Source: Nitrososphaerota archaeon (GTDB taxonomy: Archaea > Thermoproteota > Nitrososphaeria > Nitrososphaerales > Gagatemarchaeaceae). Taken from it: a stretch of DNA of 32,034 nt. The notes under the pieces were generated by a model that saw nothing but the letters and a program-made list of their open reading frames with translations, did no database searches and had not been told where the DNA came from. The position numbers and the translations under genes were made by a program. This document shows positions 1-8,280 of this stretch, piece by piece. The stretch spans positions 1-32,034 of the forward strand of contig JACQFO010000007.1 in the NCBI GenBank assembly GCA_016200025.1, given 5' to 3'. How positions within the stretch are numbered: position 1 is the first letter of the stretch; each line of letters opens with the position of its first letter.

Positions 1-1270
1 GCCCTTCCTCACCCAACCTGCGGGCAGGGTCGCCCGTGCACATTTCCTCGCTTCCCAGGATCGCGTACGAGATGCCGGCCTTGCCGAGGATCTTGGCCAT
101 CGCCTTCGCCACACCCTGCGCCCTCTGGTCGAATGAGGCCACGCACCCCACCCAGAACAGGTACTCCGCGCCGGGGTTGGATGCGAGAGGTGGTATCCCT
201 AGGCCCGCTGCCCAGTCTCCCCTGGTCGACTGCTTCAGGCCGTAGGGGTTCTGGGCCTGCGCGAGGTTCTGGAGCATGCCGGTCTTTTCCCTGTCGAGCT
301 TCGACCTTCCCACGAGCTCACGCCTCAGGTCGTAGACTATGTCGAGGTGCTTGACGCTGACCGGGCAGCTGCTCACGCACGCCCCGCAAGACGTGCAGGA
401 CCACAGTTCGTCCTCATCGACTGCGGACAGCGGGTCTGCGGCCAGCCCCTCCGTACTTGAGAGCAGGCTGAGCTTTCTTACCAGGACTCTTGGAGATAGC
501 GGTCTCCCGGCGGCCGTGGCCGGGCACGCAGCTTCGCAGGCCCCTATCTCCACACAAGAATCGAAGGAGAGATGTTCGTAGGGCTCGAACTCTGAGAGCT
601 TCCCCACGCCGGACTTCACTTCGGCAGCGTCGGCCTTCCCCGATACCACGTCGGCCAGGCTGAAGGGTGCCCGAATGGAGGGGAGGGGTCTGTCGAAGGT
701 GGAGACCAGGTTGACAGTGGGCTTGGCATAGTAGGCCGCCACTAGCATGTTCCTTGCTATGCCGAGGCCCGCCCCATACGTCGAAGCCCCGGCAATCCAA
801 GCGATGACGAGCTCGGAGGCTGTGAGCGCGATGGCGAGCATCAGCACGACCTGGAGCAGAGTGGAGGCGGAGGAGACCCCCTTCTCCACGCGGAGGAGTT
901 CCTTCTCGACCTTCTTGCTCCTGACGAACCGCTGAATCCTCCATACGAAGGCAGCGGCGAGGCCCACGACGAGGGGCAACGAGGCCAGGAGAAGGAGGGG
1001 CTTCAGCAACGGCAGGTACTGCAAGACGGGGTCGAGGACGAAGATGGCGATGGAAAGTCCCACCCCTGCCGCTATGGAGATGTGCATCAGGAAGACGGCG
1101 TCGAAAGTAAGGAGGCGGCGGAGCTCGTCCTTGGTGAGGGCCAGGATCCTTCCGATGCCGAGCGGGACCCCGGCCCTTCTGGCCTGGGAAAGGATCGCAT
1201 ACGAGATTGCAAGGAGGCTCGCGAGAAACCCGCCGTAGGCGACAAGGTAGACTGCCCCCGTGTCCGCCAT
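1..1270 (-). CDS. Membrane-anchored (Fe-S)-binding oxidoreductase, HdrD/GlpC-like with CCG domain. Probable ETF:quinone oxidoreductase partner of EtfAB. The 3' end runs off the window.
   Basis: It is absent from the ORF track because it has no stop inside the window. My minus-strand translation from ATG 1270 reads MADTGAVYLVAYGGFLASLLAISYAILSQ..., with several hydrophobic helices. These are followed by ferredoxin-type motifs CVEIGACEAACP and CTSCGACVSSCP. The C-terminal part reads FWVGCVASFD...EEMCTGDPARRLGEEG, a cysteine-rich CCG-type region, and stays open to position 2. It lies directly downstream of etfBA. Confidence 0.8.
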   Translation of the reverse strand, partial: MADTGAVYLVAYGGFLASLLAISYAILSQARRAGVPLGIGRILALTKDELRRLLTFDAVFLMHISIAAGVGLSIAIFVLDPVLQYLPLLKPLLLLASLPLVVGLAAAFVWRIQRFVRSKKVEKELLRVEKGVSSASTLLQVVLMLAIALTASELVIAWIAGASTYGAGLGIARNMLVAAYYAKPTVNLVSTFDRPLPSIRAPFSLADVVSGKADAAEVKSGVGKLSEFEPYEHLSFDSCVEIGACEAACPATAAGRPLSPRVLVRKLSLLSSTEGLAADPLSAVDEDELWSCTSCGACVSSCPVSVKHLDIVYDLRRELVGRSKLDREKTGMLQNLAQAQNPYGLKQSTRGDWAAGLGIPPLASNPGAEYLFWVGCVASFDQRAQGVAKAMAKILGKAGISYAILGSEEMCTGDPARRLGEEG

Positions 1271-1293
1271 TGAGCGGGACCGAGGTAGGTCGG

Positions 1294-1300
1294 CTTAAAG
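1294..1300 (-). promoter_or_regulatory. Candidate TATA box (CTTTAAG on the minus strand) for the Fe-S oxidoreductase gene
   Basis: It is the only A/T-rich element in the 62-nt etfA/Fe-S spacer. Its centre lies about 27 nt upstream of ATG 1270, which is the archaeal TATA-to-TSS distance and implies a leaderless or near-leaderless mRNA. Confidence 0.4.
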
Positions 1301-1332
1301 ACTTGTTCGGTTCGAATTTTCCAGAAGATGCG

Positions 1333-2274
1333 TCAGGCCCTCTTGGTCCCGGAGAGAGCCGAACTGAGCGCAGGGACGACCTGGTAGAGGTCGCCGACAA
1401 TCCCGTAATCTGAAGACTGGAAGATCGGGGCGTCCTTGTCAGTGTTTATCGCCACTACGATCTTTGAGTCCTTCATGCCCGCCACGTGCTGCAGCTGCCC
1501 CGATATGCCGATTGCGATGTACAAGTCGGGCCGGACGGTCAACCCTGTCAATCCGATGTGATGTTCCTCCGGCAGCCAGCCCAGGTCTGAGGAGAGCGGC
1601 CTCGAGCATCCGAGGGCGCCTCCCATCTGCTTGGCCAGGTCGCCGAGCATGGCCAGGTCTTCCTTCTTCCTAACGCCTCTGCCCGCGGAGACGATCAGCT
1701 TCGCCTGTTTCAGGTCGACGGCCCCGGCCTCCTTCTTGACTCTCCCCGTCCTCCTGGTCGTGCCCGGCAGGTCTCCCACGTCGAACTCCTCCACCCTGTC
1801 CGAGGATCCGGTCCCCCAGGCAAAGAGACCCGGCTTCACGGTGACCACGTTCGGGAACTTGCACTCGATGGTCGCGAGGACCCTTCCTGCGTAGGCGCTT
1901 CTCTCCGCTGTCAGGGTGTCCCCATGGGCGGTAAGTTTGACAGCGTCTGAGATGCAGCCTACCCCGAGCTTGGCAGCCAGCCTAGCCGCGACCTCCCTCC
2001 CGTCCCTGGTGGAACCCACGAGAATCGCAGTCGGCCGGAGCTTCTCGGCGGCCCGGCGAAGGGCCTCGGCCGCAGTTTCAGAGGAGAACCCCGGTCCGGA
2101 CCCGCTCTTCAGGAGCAGCTTGCCCCCCGAAGCTTGGACGGAACCGCGCAGCTGACCCAGCTCTACGACCTCGGACCGGGCTCCCAGCTGGGTGGCTACG
2201 CTCTCCGACGCACCCGAGACCTCGTTGGCTAGGCTTTCGACCTCCGAGTAGGCCCAGACCGCTGGCTCATCCAT
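1333..2274 (-). CDS. etfA: Electron transfer flavoprotein, alpha subunit
   Basis: 313-aa ORF. The C-terminal FAD-binding region ...IAIGISGQLQHVAGMKDSKIVVAINTDKDAPIFQSSDYGIVGDLYQVVPAL is the classic EtfA signature. Its ATG (2274-2272) shares one base with the TGA of etfB. Confidence 0.93.
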   Translation of the reverse strand: MDEPAVWAYSEVESLANEVSGASESVATQLGARSEVVELGQLRGSVQASGGKLLLKSGSGPGFSSETAAEALRRAAEKLRPTAILVGSTRDGREVAARLAAKLGVGCISDAVKLTAHGDTLTAERSAYAGRVLATIECKFPNVVTVKPGLFAWGTGSSDRVEEFDVGDLPGTTRRTGRVKKEAGAVDLKQAKLIVSAGRGVRKKEDLAMLGDLAKQMGGALGCSRPLSSDLGWLPEEHHIGLTGLTVRPDLYIAIGISGQLQHVAGMKDSKIVVAINTDKDAPIFQSSDYGIVGDLYQVVPALSSALSGTKRA

Positions 2275-3035
2275 CAGAGGACGCCTTCCTTTCGCAATGC
2301 ATCAAGAAGCTTCCTCGCAGCGTCGCCGGGGGAACCCTCGATGATCAGGTGCTTCCGGGCGGCCTGCTGTGCGGACATGGAGACGACCGTGGGGGCTGAG
2401 CGGGACTCGGCGCTCCCCGCTTCGTCCGGGCGCCTCTCCTCGATGGGCTTCTTGGCTGCTTGCATTATCTGTATGAGCGTAGGGTATCTTGGCTCGTTGA
2501 TTTCGCTGACGACCGCGATGACGAGGGGCGTCCGGGCCTCGACTGTCTCCACGCTGTCCTCCAGGGCCCTTTCAGCAACAACGCCTCCATCCTTGGCTTC
2601 GACCTTCCTTGCGTAGCCCACGTAGGGCACGCCTAGAAGCTCCGCCAGCATCGGCGGCACCTGGCCAGTGTATGTGTCCGAGGACCCTTCGGAACAGATG
2701 ACGAAGTCGTAGGGCCCGTCCTTGCGGATCGCGTCCGCCAGCCGTCCCGCCGTTCGGAGGGAGTCTCCAGTCGCAGTGCCCGGGATGATCAGGACACCTT
2801 TGTCGGCGCCCATGGCGAGGGCCTCTTTGACCGTCTTCCTTGCCTCCGGCGGTCCCACGGTCAGAATAGTGACTTCTCCTCCCACGGATGAGCGGATCCT
2901 CAGGGCCTCCTCCACCGCGTTCTTGTCGAAGGTGCTCATCTTGTATGCTGCACCTTCAATCAGGGGCCTCCCGCTGGAATCCACCTTGAGCTCCGTCTCG
3001 TCGACCGCGTGCTTCACGCAGACGGCCAGCTTCAT
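2274..3035 (-). CDS. etfB: Electron transfer flavoprotein, beta subunit
   Basis: I trimmed track ORF 2274..3284 to the internal ATG at 3035. MKLAVCVKHAVDETELKVD...NAVEEALRIRS...ALAMGADKGVLI is a canonical EtfB N-terminus. The upstream 83 codons are R/G-rich and overlap the ACAD gene. The ATG overlaps the ACAD stop (ATGA). Confidence 0.92.
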   Translation of the reverse strand: MKLAVCVKHAVDETELKVDSSGRPLIEGAAYKMSTFDKNAVEEALRIRSSVGGEVTILTVGPPEARKTVKEALAMGADKGVLIIPGTATGDSLRTAGRLADAIRKDGPYDFVICSEGSSDTYTGQVPPMLAELLGVPYVGYARKVEAKDGGVVAERALEDSVETVEARTPLVIAVVSEINEPRYPTLIQIMQAAKKPIEERRPDEAGSAESRSAPTVVSMSAQQAARKHLIIEGSPGDAARKLLDALRKEGVL

Positions 3036-4198
3036 GCGGAGCGCGCCAGTTCCCTGCTCGCTATCAGCAGCCGCAGGACCTCTGAAGTACCCTCTCCTAT
3101 TGTCAGGAGGCGGGCGTCCCTCCAGTGCCTGTGAACGTCCTCGGTCGTGTATCCATGCCCGCCGAAGACCTGTATCGCCATGTCGCAGACCCTTACCGCC
3201 ATCTCGGTGGCGAAGACCTTGGCCTGGGCAGCCTCGGAAGAGTACTCCACCGAGCCTTCCCTCGCCCGAGCGGCGTGCATGCACAGGAGCCTTCCAGCCG
3301 TGATGCCTGTCTTCATGTCTGCGATCTTCTCCTTGGTGAGCTGGAAGTCCGAGATGGGCGAGCCGAAGGCCCTGCGCTGTTTGCTGTATGAGAGGGCCTT
3401 GTCATAGGCTGCCCGCGCTACGCCCACGCAGAGCGACCCCATGACTATCCTGCTGCCGCTGAGCATCCTCTTCGCATATTCGAACCCCTGGCCCTCCTCC
3501 CCGACAAGGGCGTCGGCCGGGACCTCGCAGTCGACGAACCTCACCTCCGAGGTCCTGGACCCGCGCATCCCAAGCTTGGGGAGGTCCTCCCCGAAGCTCA
3601 TTCCGGGGTTCGGGCTCTCGACTATGAAGCTCGACGGGCCCTTCTCGGTCGCTGCGAAGACGAAGTAGACATCGGCCTCGCCCGCGTTGGTGATGAAGGC
3701 TTTTGAACCGTTGATCATGTAGCCCCGAGGAGTCTTCTTCGCCTTCGTGGCCATGGTCTTAGCGTCCGAACCAGAGGTGGGTTCCGTGAGGCTGAATGAC
3801 GCGACCTTCTTCCCGGAGATGATGTCGGACACGTATTTCCTCTTCTGGTCTTCGCTGCCAAACTGGAAGATCCCTTCGGCCGCCGTGTTGTGAATCGCGA
3901 CGCTGAGCGCCATGCCAGCGTCCGCGTACCCTGCCAACTCTGCAGCGAGGACATAGACGCCGAAGGGCAACCCGAGGCCCCCGTACTCCTTCGGGTAGCC
4001 GATCTGGCAGAATCCTTGCTCGAGGAGCCGCGCCCTGGTCGAATCCATCTTCGCGGACCCATCGTCGAACTTCTGGGAGAGGGGAAGGACCTTCTCCTCC
4101 ATGAACGCCCCCAGCGCACCGAGCAACTCCGCATAGACTTCGTGCTGGGCGTAGTTGGACTTCAACAGCAGGCGATGCTCGGACGTCAAAAGCACCAT
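3032..4198 (-). CDS. Acyl-CoA dehydrogenase (SCAD/MCAD-like)
   Basis: 388-aa ORF with FSLTEPTSGSDA, the FITNAGEADVYFVFA region and C-terminal RDARLLTIGEGTSEVLRLLIA. A Glu sits at the MCAD-type catalytic-base position (GEGT). The gene is translationally coupled to etfB. Confidence 0.92.
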   Translation of the reverse strand: MVLLTSEHRLLLKSNYAQHEVYAELLGALGAFMEEKVLPLSQKFDDGSAKMDSTRARLLEQGFCQIGYPKEYGGLGLPFGVYVLAAELAGYADAGMALSVAIHNTAAEGIFQFGSEDQKRKYVSDIISGKKVASFSLTEPTSGSDAKTMATKAKKTPRGYMINGSKAFITNAGEADVYFVFAATEKGPSSFIVESPNPGMSFGEDLPKLGMRGSRTSEVRFVDCEVPADALVGEEGQGFEYAKRMLSGSRIVMGSLCVGVARAAYDKALSYSKQRRAFGSPISDFQLTKEKIADMKTGITAGRLLCMHAARAREGSVEYSSEAAQAKVFATEMAVRVCDMAIQVFGGHGYTTEDVHRHWRDARLLTIGEGTSEVLRLLIASRELARSA

Positions 4199-4258
4199 CG
4201 GACTTTCGTGCGCGCCCTCGCTCCGAGTGATTTAATGGTTCTTGTGAGAGATGAGAAA

Positions 4259-4267
4259 TTCTAAAAG
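4259..4267 (+). promoter_or_regulatory. Candidate TATA box (TTCTAAAAG) for the PrpD-family operon
   Basis: An A/T-rich element centred about 27 nt upstream of ATG 4290. This argues for 4290 rather than 4251 as the start. A second A/T element, TTTAAT at 4231-4236, may serve the divergent ACAD-etfBA operon. Confidence 0.4.
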
Positions 4268-4289
4268 AAGAGCCCCCGATGGCGGCCGC

Positions 4290-5672
4290 ATGACACTTGC
4301 CGCCCGCCTGGCCCGTTACGTCCTCTCTCTGAGATATTCCGACCTCGACGCGGGCACGGTGAGGGCGACGAAGGTCAGGGTCATCGATGCGCTGGGGTGC
4401 GCCATAGGGGCCTGCGGGGCGCCGCCCGTCGCCGAAGCCAGGAGGGCCGTCGCTTACATGTCACCAAAGGGGCCGTCTACGATACTTGGGACGGCCAGTT
4501 CGGCGTCCCCGGACCTCGCCGCCTTCGTCAACGGGCTCATGATCAGATACTTCGACTTCAACGATACGTACCTGTCCAAAGAGCCTGCCCATCCGAGCGA
4601 CAATCTTGGTGCGGTCTTCGCGGTCGCAGAGTCAGAGAGGGCCAGCGGGAAGGAGCTCATCGCCGCTGCGGTCGCAGCCTACGAAGTTCAGTGCAGGCTC
4701 TGCGACGCCGCAGATATCAGGCACAGGGGCTGGGACCATGTCAACTACGGGCTCGTTTCTACGCCCCTGGCCTCTGCGAAATTGATGGGGCTTGAGCTGG
4801 GGAAGGCGACGCAGGCGGTGAACATCGCCCTCAACTCCCACATCGCGATGAGGCAGGTGAGGGCAGGCGACCTCTCGATGTGGAAGGGCGCGTCCTTCGC
4901 CAACGCGGCAAGGAACGGCGTCTTCGCCGCGCTCCTGGCCAGGGAAGGGTTCACCGGACCCGCGCCGATCTTCGAAGGCGAGATGGGATTCTTCAAGCAG
5001 GTTTCAGGCCCGTTCAGGCTCGACGTCTCCCGCTTCGGCGGCGGAAGGGTGCCCTACAGGGTCAACGACACCTACATCAAGTTCTGGCCGGCCGAGTACC
5101 ACGCCCAGACAGCGATCTGGGCGGCCCTCGAACTGAGGAAGAAGGTAGAGGACATCGGTTCCATCGCTTCGGTCCTCGTCCAGACCCATGAAGCCGGATA
5201 TACCATACTTGCCGGGAGAGAGAAGTGGAAGCCCAAGACCAAGGAGACTGCGGACCACAGCCTACCGTACATCGTGGGAATGGCACTTGCCAAGGGCATC
5301 ATCGACAACTCGACCTACTCCGAGAAGAACCTGGGGGACCCTCGAAACTTGGGGATGGTCAAGAAAGTCAGGGTGAAAGAAGACCGCAGGCTCACTGCGA
5401 TGTACCCCCTAGGGGGCATGCCGAACAGGGTCACCATCGGCTTCGTCGGTGGCGGATCCGCCTCGGCTGAGGTCGCGGTCCCGAGGGGGCACCCGAAGAA
5501 CCCGATGTCCGTGCGCGAGGTGGAGTCGAAGTTCATGGGCCTCACGAGGAGACAGCTGGGCGAAGACCGTGCCCGGGAAGCCCTGAAGTCGCTGTGGCAG
5601 CTGGAATCCGCGGCGGACATAGGTCGGGTCCTGGGGCTGCTTGACGTCCGCGAAGCCCGCTCAAAGCCTTAA
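4290..5672 (+). CDS. MmgE/PrpD family protein (2-methylcitrate dehydratase-like)
   Basis: MTLAARLARYVLSLRYSDLDAGTVRATKVRVIDALGCAIGA is a typical PrpD-family N-terminus. The length of about 460 aa fits the family. The track ORF begins at 4251; I prefer ATG 4290 because of the TATA spacing. Confidence 0.85.
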   Translation: MTLAARLARYVLSLRYSDLDAGTVRATKVRVIDALGCAIGACGAPPVAEARRAVAYMSPKGPSTILGTASSASPDLAAFVNGLMIRYFDFNDTYLSKEPAHPSDNLGAVFAVAESERASGKELIAAAVAAYEVQCRLCDAADIRHRGWDHVNYGLVSTPLASAKLMGLELGKATQAVNIALNSHIAMRQVRAGDLSMWKGASFANAARNGVFAALLAREGFTGPAPIFEGEMGFFKQVSGPFRLDVSRFGGGRVPYRVNDTYIKFWPAEYHAQTAIWAALELRKKVEDIGSIASVLVQTHEAGYTILAGREKWKPKTKETADHSLPYIVGMALAKGIIDNSTYSEKNLGDPRNLGMVKKVRVKEDRRLTAMYPLGGMPNRVTIGFVGGGSASAEVAVPRGHPKNPMSVREVESKFMGLTRRQLGEDRAREALKSLWQLESAADIGRVLGLLDVREARSKP

Positions 5673-5698
5673 AGCGCGAACGCCGCGCCCGTGCATCG

Positions 5699-6685
5699 AT
5701 GAAGCTAGCGCTCGGCTTCAACCCTGTCATGAGCGCACGGGAGATGGCCGGACTCGCGGTCAAGGCGGAAGCCTTGGGATACGACTCGATGTGGATGCAC
5801 GAGAGCCTCTTCCAACGCGACGTGGTAACCTACATCGCGGCCATGACCTCCGCGACCAAAACGATCCGCGTGGGCTCTGGGATCATGAACACGTTCACTC
5901 GCCACCCGGTGGCCGCTGCCTCGACATTCGCTACGCTCTCCGAGCTGTCCGGAGGAAGGGTCATCTTCGGGCTCGGGCTTGGCAGCTTCCCTACGATCCC
6001 TCTGATAGGACAGCAGATCTTCCCAGTGGAGAAGACTCGTCCCCTCAGAAGGATGAAGGAGTATCTGGAGGTCGTGAGAAGAGTCTGGAGCGGGGAGAAG
6101 GTCGAGTACGAGGGCGAGTTCTTCAAGGTCCACAACCTCACCCTAGGATTCAAGGTCGAGCGCCAGATCCCTGTCTTCCTGGCTTCGATGTCGCCGAAGA
6201 CGCAATCCTACGCGGCGACGGTCGCCGACGGGGTCATCCTATCCCCGGCCCTGAGCACAGTCAAAGTGACGAAGGCCATGATAGGGAACGTCGTTTCTGG
6301 CGAGGCCAGAAGCGGTAGGAAGGTCGAGCGCGCCTCATACATGATGACCTCCGTCGACCCTGACCCGGCCAAGGCGAAGGAGGCGGTCAGGAACTACTAC
6401 TTCTTCGTCTACCAACTTTCCGACGTCGTGAAGCCCGAAGCGCTGCTACCATATGGAGTGACCGAGGTGAGGCTCGCTCCCATGAAGGAGGCTTGGAAGC
6501 GCGGCGACGTGGCTGAGGCGAAACGCCTCATCCCGGACGAAGCGATCGATGCGCTGGCTGTAGTGGGAGACGAAGACCACGTCCGAGACCGCGTCAAAGA
6601 ATATCTGGACGTCGGGGTGACGCTCCCCATTCTCATGCCCATCGGAAACGTAGAGTACGCGATGTCGACGCTGGCGCCTAGGTAA
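5699..6685 (+). CDS. Luciferase-like monooxygenase (LLM) class oxidoreductase, F420- or flavin-dependent
   Basis: 328 aa. MKLALGFNP...LAVKAEALGYDSMWMHESLF...IRVGSGIMNTFTRHP...LSGGRVIFGLGLGS is the LLM/Mer-family pattern. The gene starts 26 nt after the PrpD-family stop. Confidence 0.85.
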   Translation: MKLALGFNPVMSAREMAGLAVKAEALGYDSMWMHESLFQRDVVTYIAAMTSATKTIRVGSGIMNTFTRHPVAAASTFATLSELSGGRVIFGLGLGSFPTIPLIGQQIFPVEKTRPLRRMKEYLEVVRRVWSGEKVEYEGEFFKVHNLTLGFKVERQIPVFLASMSPKTQSYAATVADGVILSPALSTVKVTKAMIGNVVSGEARSGRKVERASYMMTSVDPDPAKAKEAVRNYYFFVYQLSDVVKPEALLPYGVTEVRLAPMKEAWKRGDVAEAKRLIPDEAIDALAVVGDEDHVRDRVKEYLDVGVTLPILMPIGNVEYAMSTLAPR

Positions 6686-7609
6686 GTGCGGACGTTGGGC
6701 GGCGAAAAGGTCCGGCTCATCCCGAGGCTTGTCAGGGCCCAGTTCACTCCTATCATGATAGCCCCGGTGGTCCTTGGGGCTGCCCTGGCATGGCACGTGG
6801 ACGGAGCCTTTTCTCCTTCGCTCTTCCTCCTCGTGGCGCTGGGGGCAGTCTGCCTGCACCTGGCCGCGAACGCCATCGACGACGTCTATGACTACGTGAA
6901 CGGGACGGACGCAGTCGCTGAGAAGATGTTCCCGCCCGACGCGCCGGGATGGAAGCCGATTCCGAGGGGTTCCTTGACCCTCGGGGACGCCTTCAAGGTC
7001 TCGTACATGCTGTACGGTGCTTCACTGGCCATCGGAGCCGCACTCTCTTTTGTCGTAGGATGGTACGCGCTGGCAATAGCGCTGCCCGGAATCATTCTGA
7101 GCTACTTCTACACTGCCCCGCCCCTCCGCCTCGACTACCGTGGGCTCGGGCTGGGCGAGCTCTCGATCCTCCTGGGCTTCGGCCCGATACCCGCACTGGG
7201 GGCCTACTATGTCATGGCGGGCCACCTCTCGGCGCTGCCCGTCCTCGTCGCTGTCCCGACTGGACTCATGACCGTGTCAGTCTTGATCTCCCACGACCAG
7301 ATCTTCTACGATGTGTACCTGCAGTCAGGCAAGAGGTCGCTCACCGTCGTCCTCGGCAGGAGGAGGGCCTCGATCCTCCTGACTCTCCTGGGCGCCGCCG
7401 CCTATTTGATGGTCGCCGCGATGGTCGCAGTCCAGATAGCCCCGACTCTGGGGCTCCTCGCACTCGGGGGCCTTCCGTTGTTCTTCAAGCTGGCGGACCT
7501 CCGCGGGGCCGTCAGGACCCCCCCGGAGTACGGGCGGAGGACCAGCCTTGCGTTCTTGCAGTCGACGATCTTTACGGGTCTCCTGGCCGCAGGACTTGTC
7601 CTTGGCTGA
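6686..7609 (+). CDS. UbiA-superfamily prenyltransferase, MenA-like (1,4-dihydroxy-2-naphthoate polyprenyltransferase-like)
   Basis: 307 aa and polytopic. The first Asp-rich motif is LAANAIDDVYDYVNGTD (N-x3-D-x3-D...G-x-D). The second motif is HDQIFYDVYLQSGKRSLTVVLG. The GTG start immediately follows the TAA of the LLM gene. Confidence 0.8.
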   Translation: MRTLGGEKVRLIPRLVRAQFTPIMIAPVVLGAALAWHVDGAFSPSLFLLVALGAVCLHLAANAIDDVYDYVNGTDAVAEKMFPPDAPGWKPIPRGSLTLGDAFKVSYMLYGASLAIGAALSFVVGWYALAIALPGIILSYFYTAPPLRLDYRGLGLGELSILLGFGPIPALGAYYVMAGHLSALPVLVAVPTGLMTVSVLISHDQIFYDVYLQSGKRSLTVVLGRRRASILLTLLGAAAYLMVAAMVAVQIAPTLGLLALGGLPLFFKLADLRGAVRTPPEYGRRTSLAFLQSTIFTGLLAAGLVLG

Positions 7610-8237
7610 ACCCGCGGCCGGGAACTCGGCAAGATGGAGCGCCGCCCTGGTGGCTGCGGCAGGGGTCTCGATGGTCGGGCTCTTCCTGCTGCCCCCCCGC
7701 TACTTCGTCGTTGGGACCTTCGTTGTGACGTCAGCAATGGCAGCGGCTGCGTACTCGGCCGGGGCCTACGGCAAGCCATCCGTGCTGAAACCCAGGTCCA
7801 TTGCAATCGGATTGCTCTCGGCAGCCCTTCTGTATGGGGTCTTCTACGCGGGCAACGCAGCCATCGTGGCTTTGAAGCCCCTGGGCCTGGACCCAGCCGC
7901 CGAGTCCGCGATCTACGGGCTGATCGCTTCGCCGTCCAACCCCCTCGCGCTGCAGGGCCTCATCCTGCTCTTCGATTCGTTGGGGTACGAGTCGCTCCTC
8001 CGGGGGGTGGTCCAAGCCCGACTCTCGCCTCGCTTGGGAGTGGGCGCCGCCCCGGCGGTCGCGCTCCTCGACGCTGGGCTCCACGCAGCCACCTTCAACC
8101 CGCTTTGGGTGGCGACCACCTTCGTGGCGGACCTGGTCTGGGGCCTGACCTACCGCTATGGCAGAGGCCTCACCGCGAGCACGACGAGCCATTTCGTCTG
8201 GGACGTGGCCATCTTCATCGTGCGCCCAATTACGTAA
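7602..8237 (+). CDS. CPBP family (CAAX protease / Abi) intramembrane metalloprotease
   Basis: A hydrophobic protein with YESLLRGVV (E-x3-R motif), LHAATFN and HFVWD (H-x3-D) motifs. The start is uncertain: TTG 7602, GTG 7650 or ATG 7671. The track ORF start at 7548 would overlap the prenyltransferase gene by 62 nt. Confidence 0.7.
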   Translation: MAEPAAGNSARWSAALVAAAGVSMVGLFLLPPRYFVVGTFVVTSAMAAAAYSAGAYGKPSVLKPRSIAIGLLSAALLYGVFYAGNAAIVALKPLGLDPAAESAIYGLIASPSNPLALQGLILLFDSLGYESLLRGVVQARLSPRLGVGAAPAVALLDAGLHAATFNPLWVATTFVADLVWGLTYRYGRGLTASTTSHFVWDVAIFIVRPIT

Positions 8238-8248
8238 CCCGAGAAACC

Positions 8249-8256
8249 AATAATAT
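8249..8256 (+). promoter_or_regulatory. Candidate TATA box (AATAATAT) for the thiolase-like/AACS/DUF35 operon
   Basis: It is the only A/T-rich stretch in the 43-nt spacer. Its centre is about 28 nt upstream of GTG 8281. Confidence 0.45.
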
Positions 8257-8280
8257 CATCGTCCGTGTGGGACCGACGCC

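Noticed and set aside
414-1400. 328-aa minus-strand ORF covering the Fe-S oxidoreductase region
   Set aside because: The translation is R/P/G/H-rich and low-complexity, with no recognisable motifs. It lies out of frame over a frame that encodes clear ferredoxin/CCG motifs and TM helices. This is a typical shadow ORF in GC-rich DNA.
6686-8237. Prenyltransferase next to a CAAX-protease-family gene as a protein-prenylation/processing system
   Set aside because: The transferase is a UbiA/MenA-type membrane enzyme acting on small aromatic or lipid acceptors, not a CaaX protein prenyltransferase. Most prokaryotic CPBP proteins are unrelated to prenylated substrates. The pairing is noted only as part of the operon finding.
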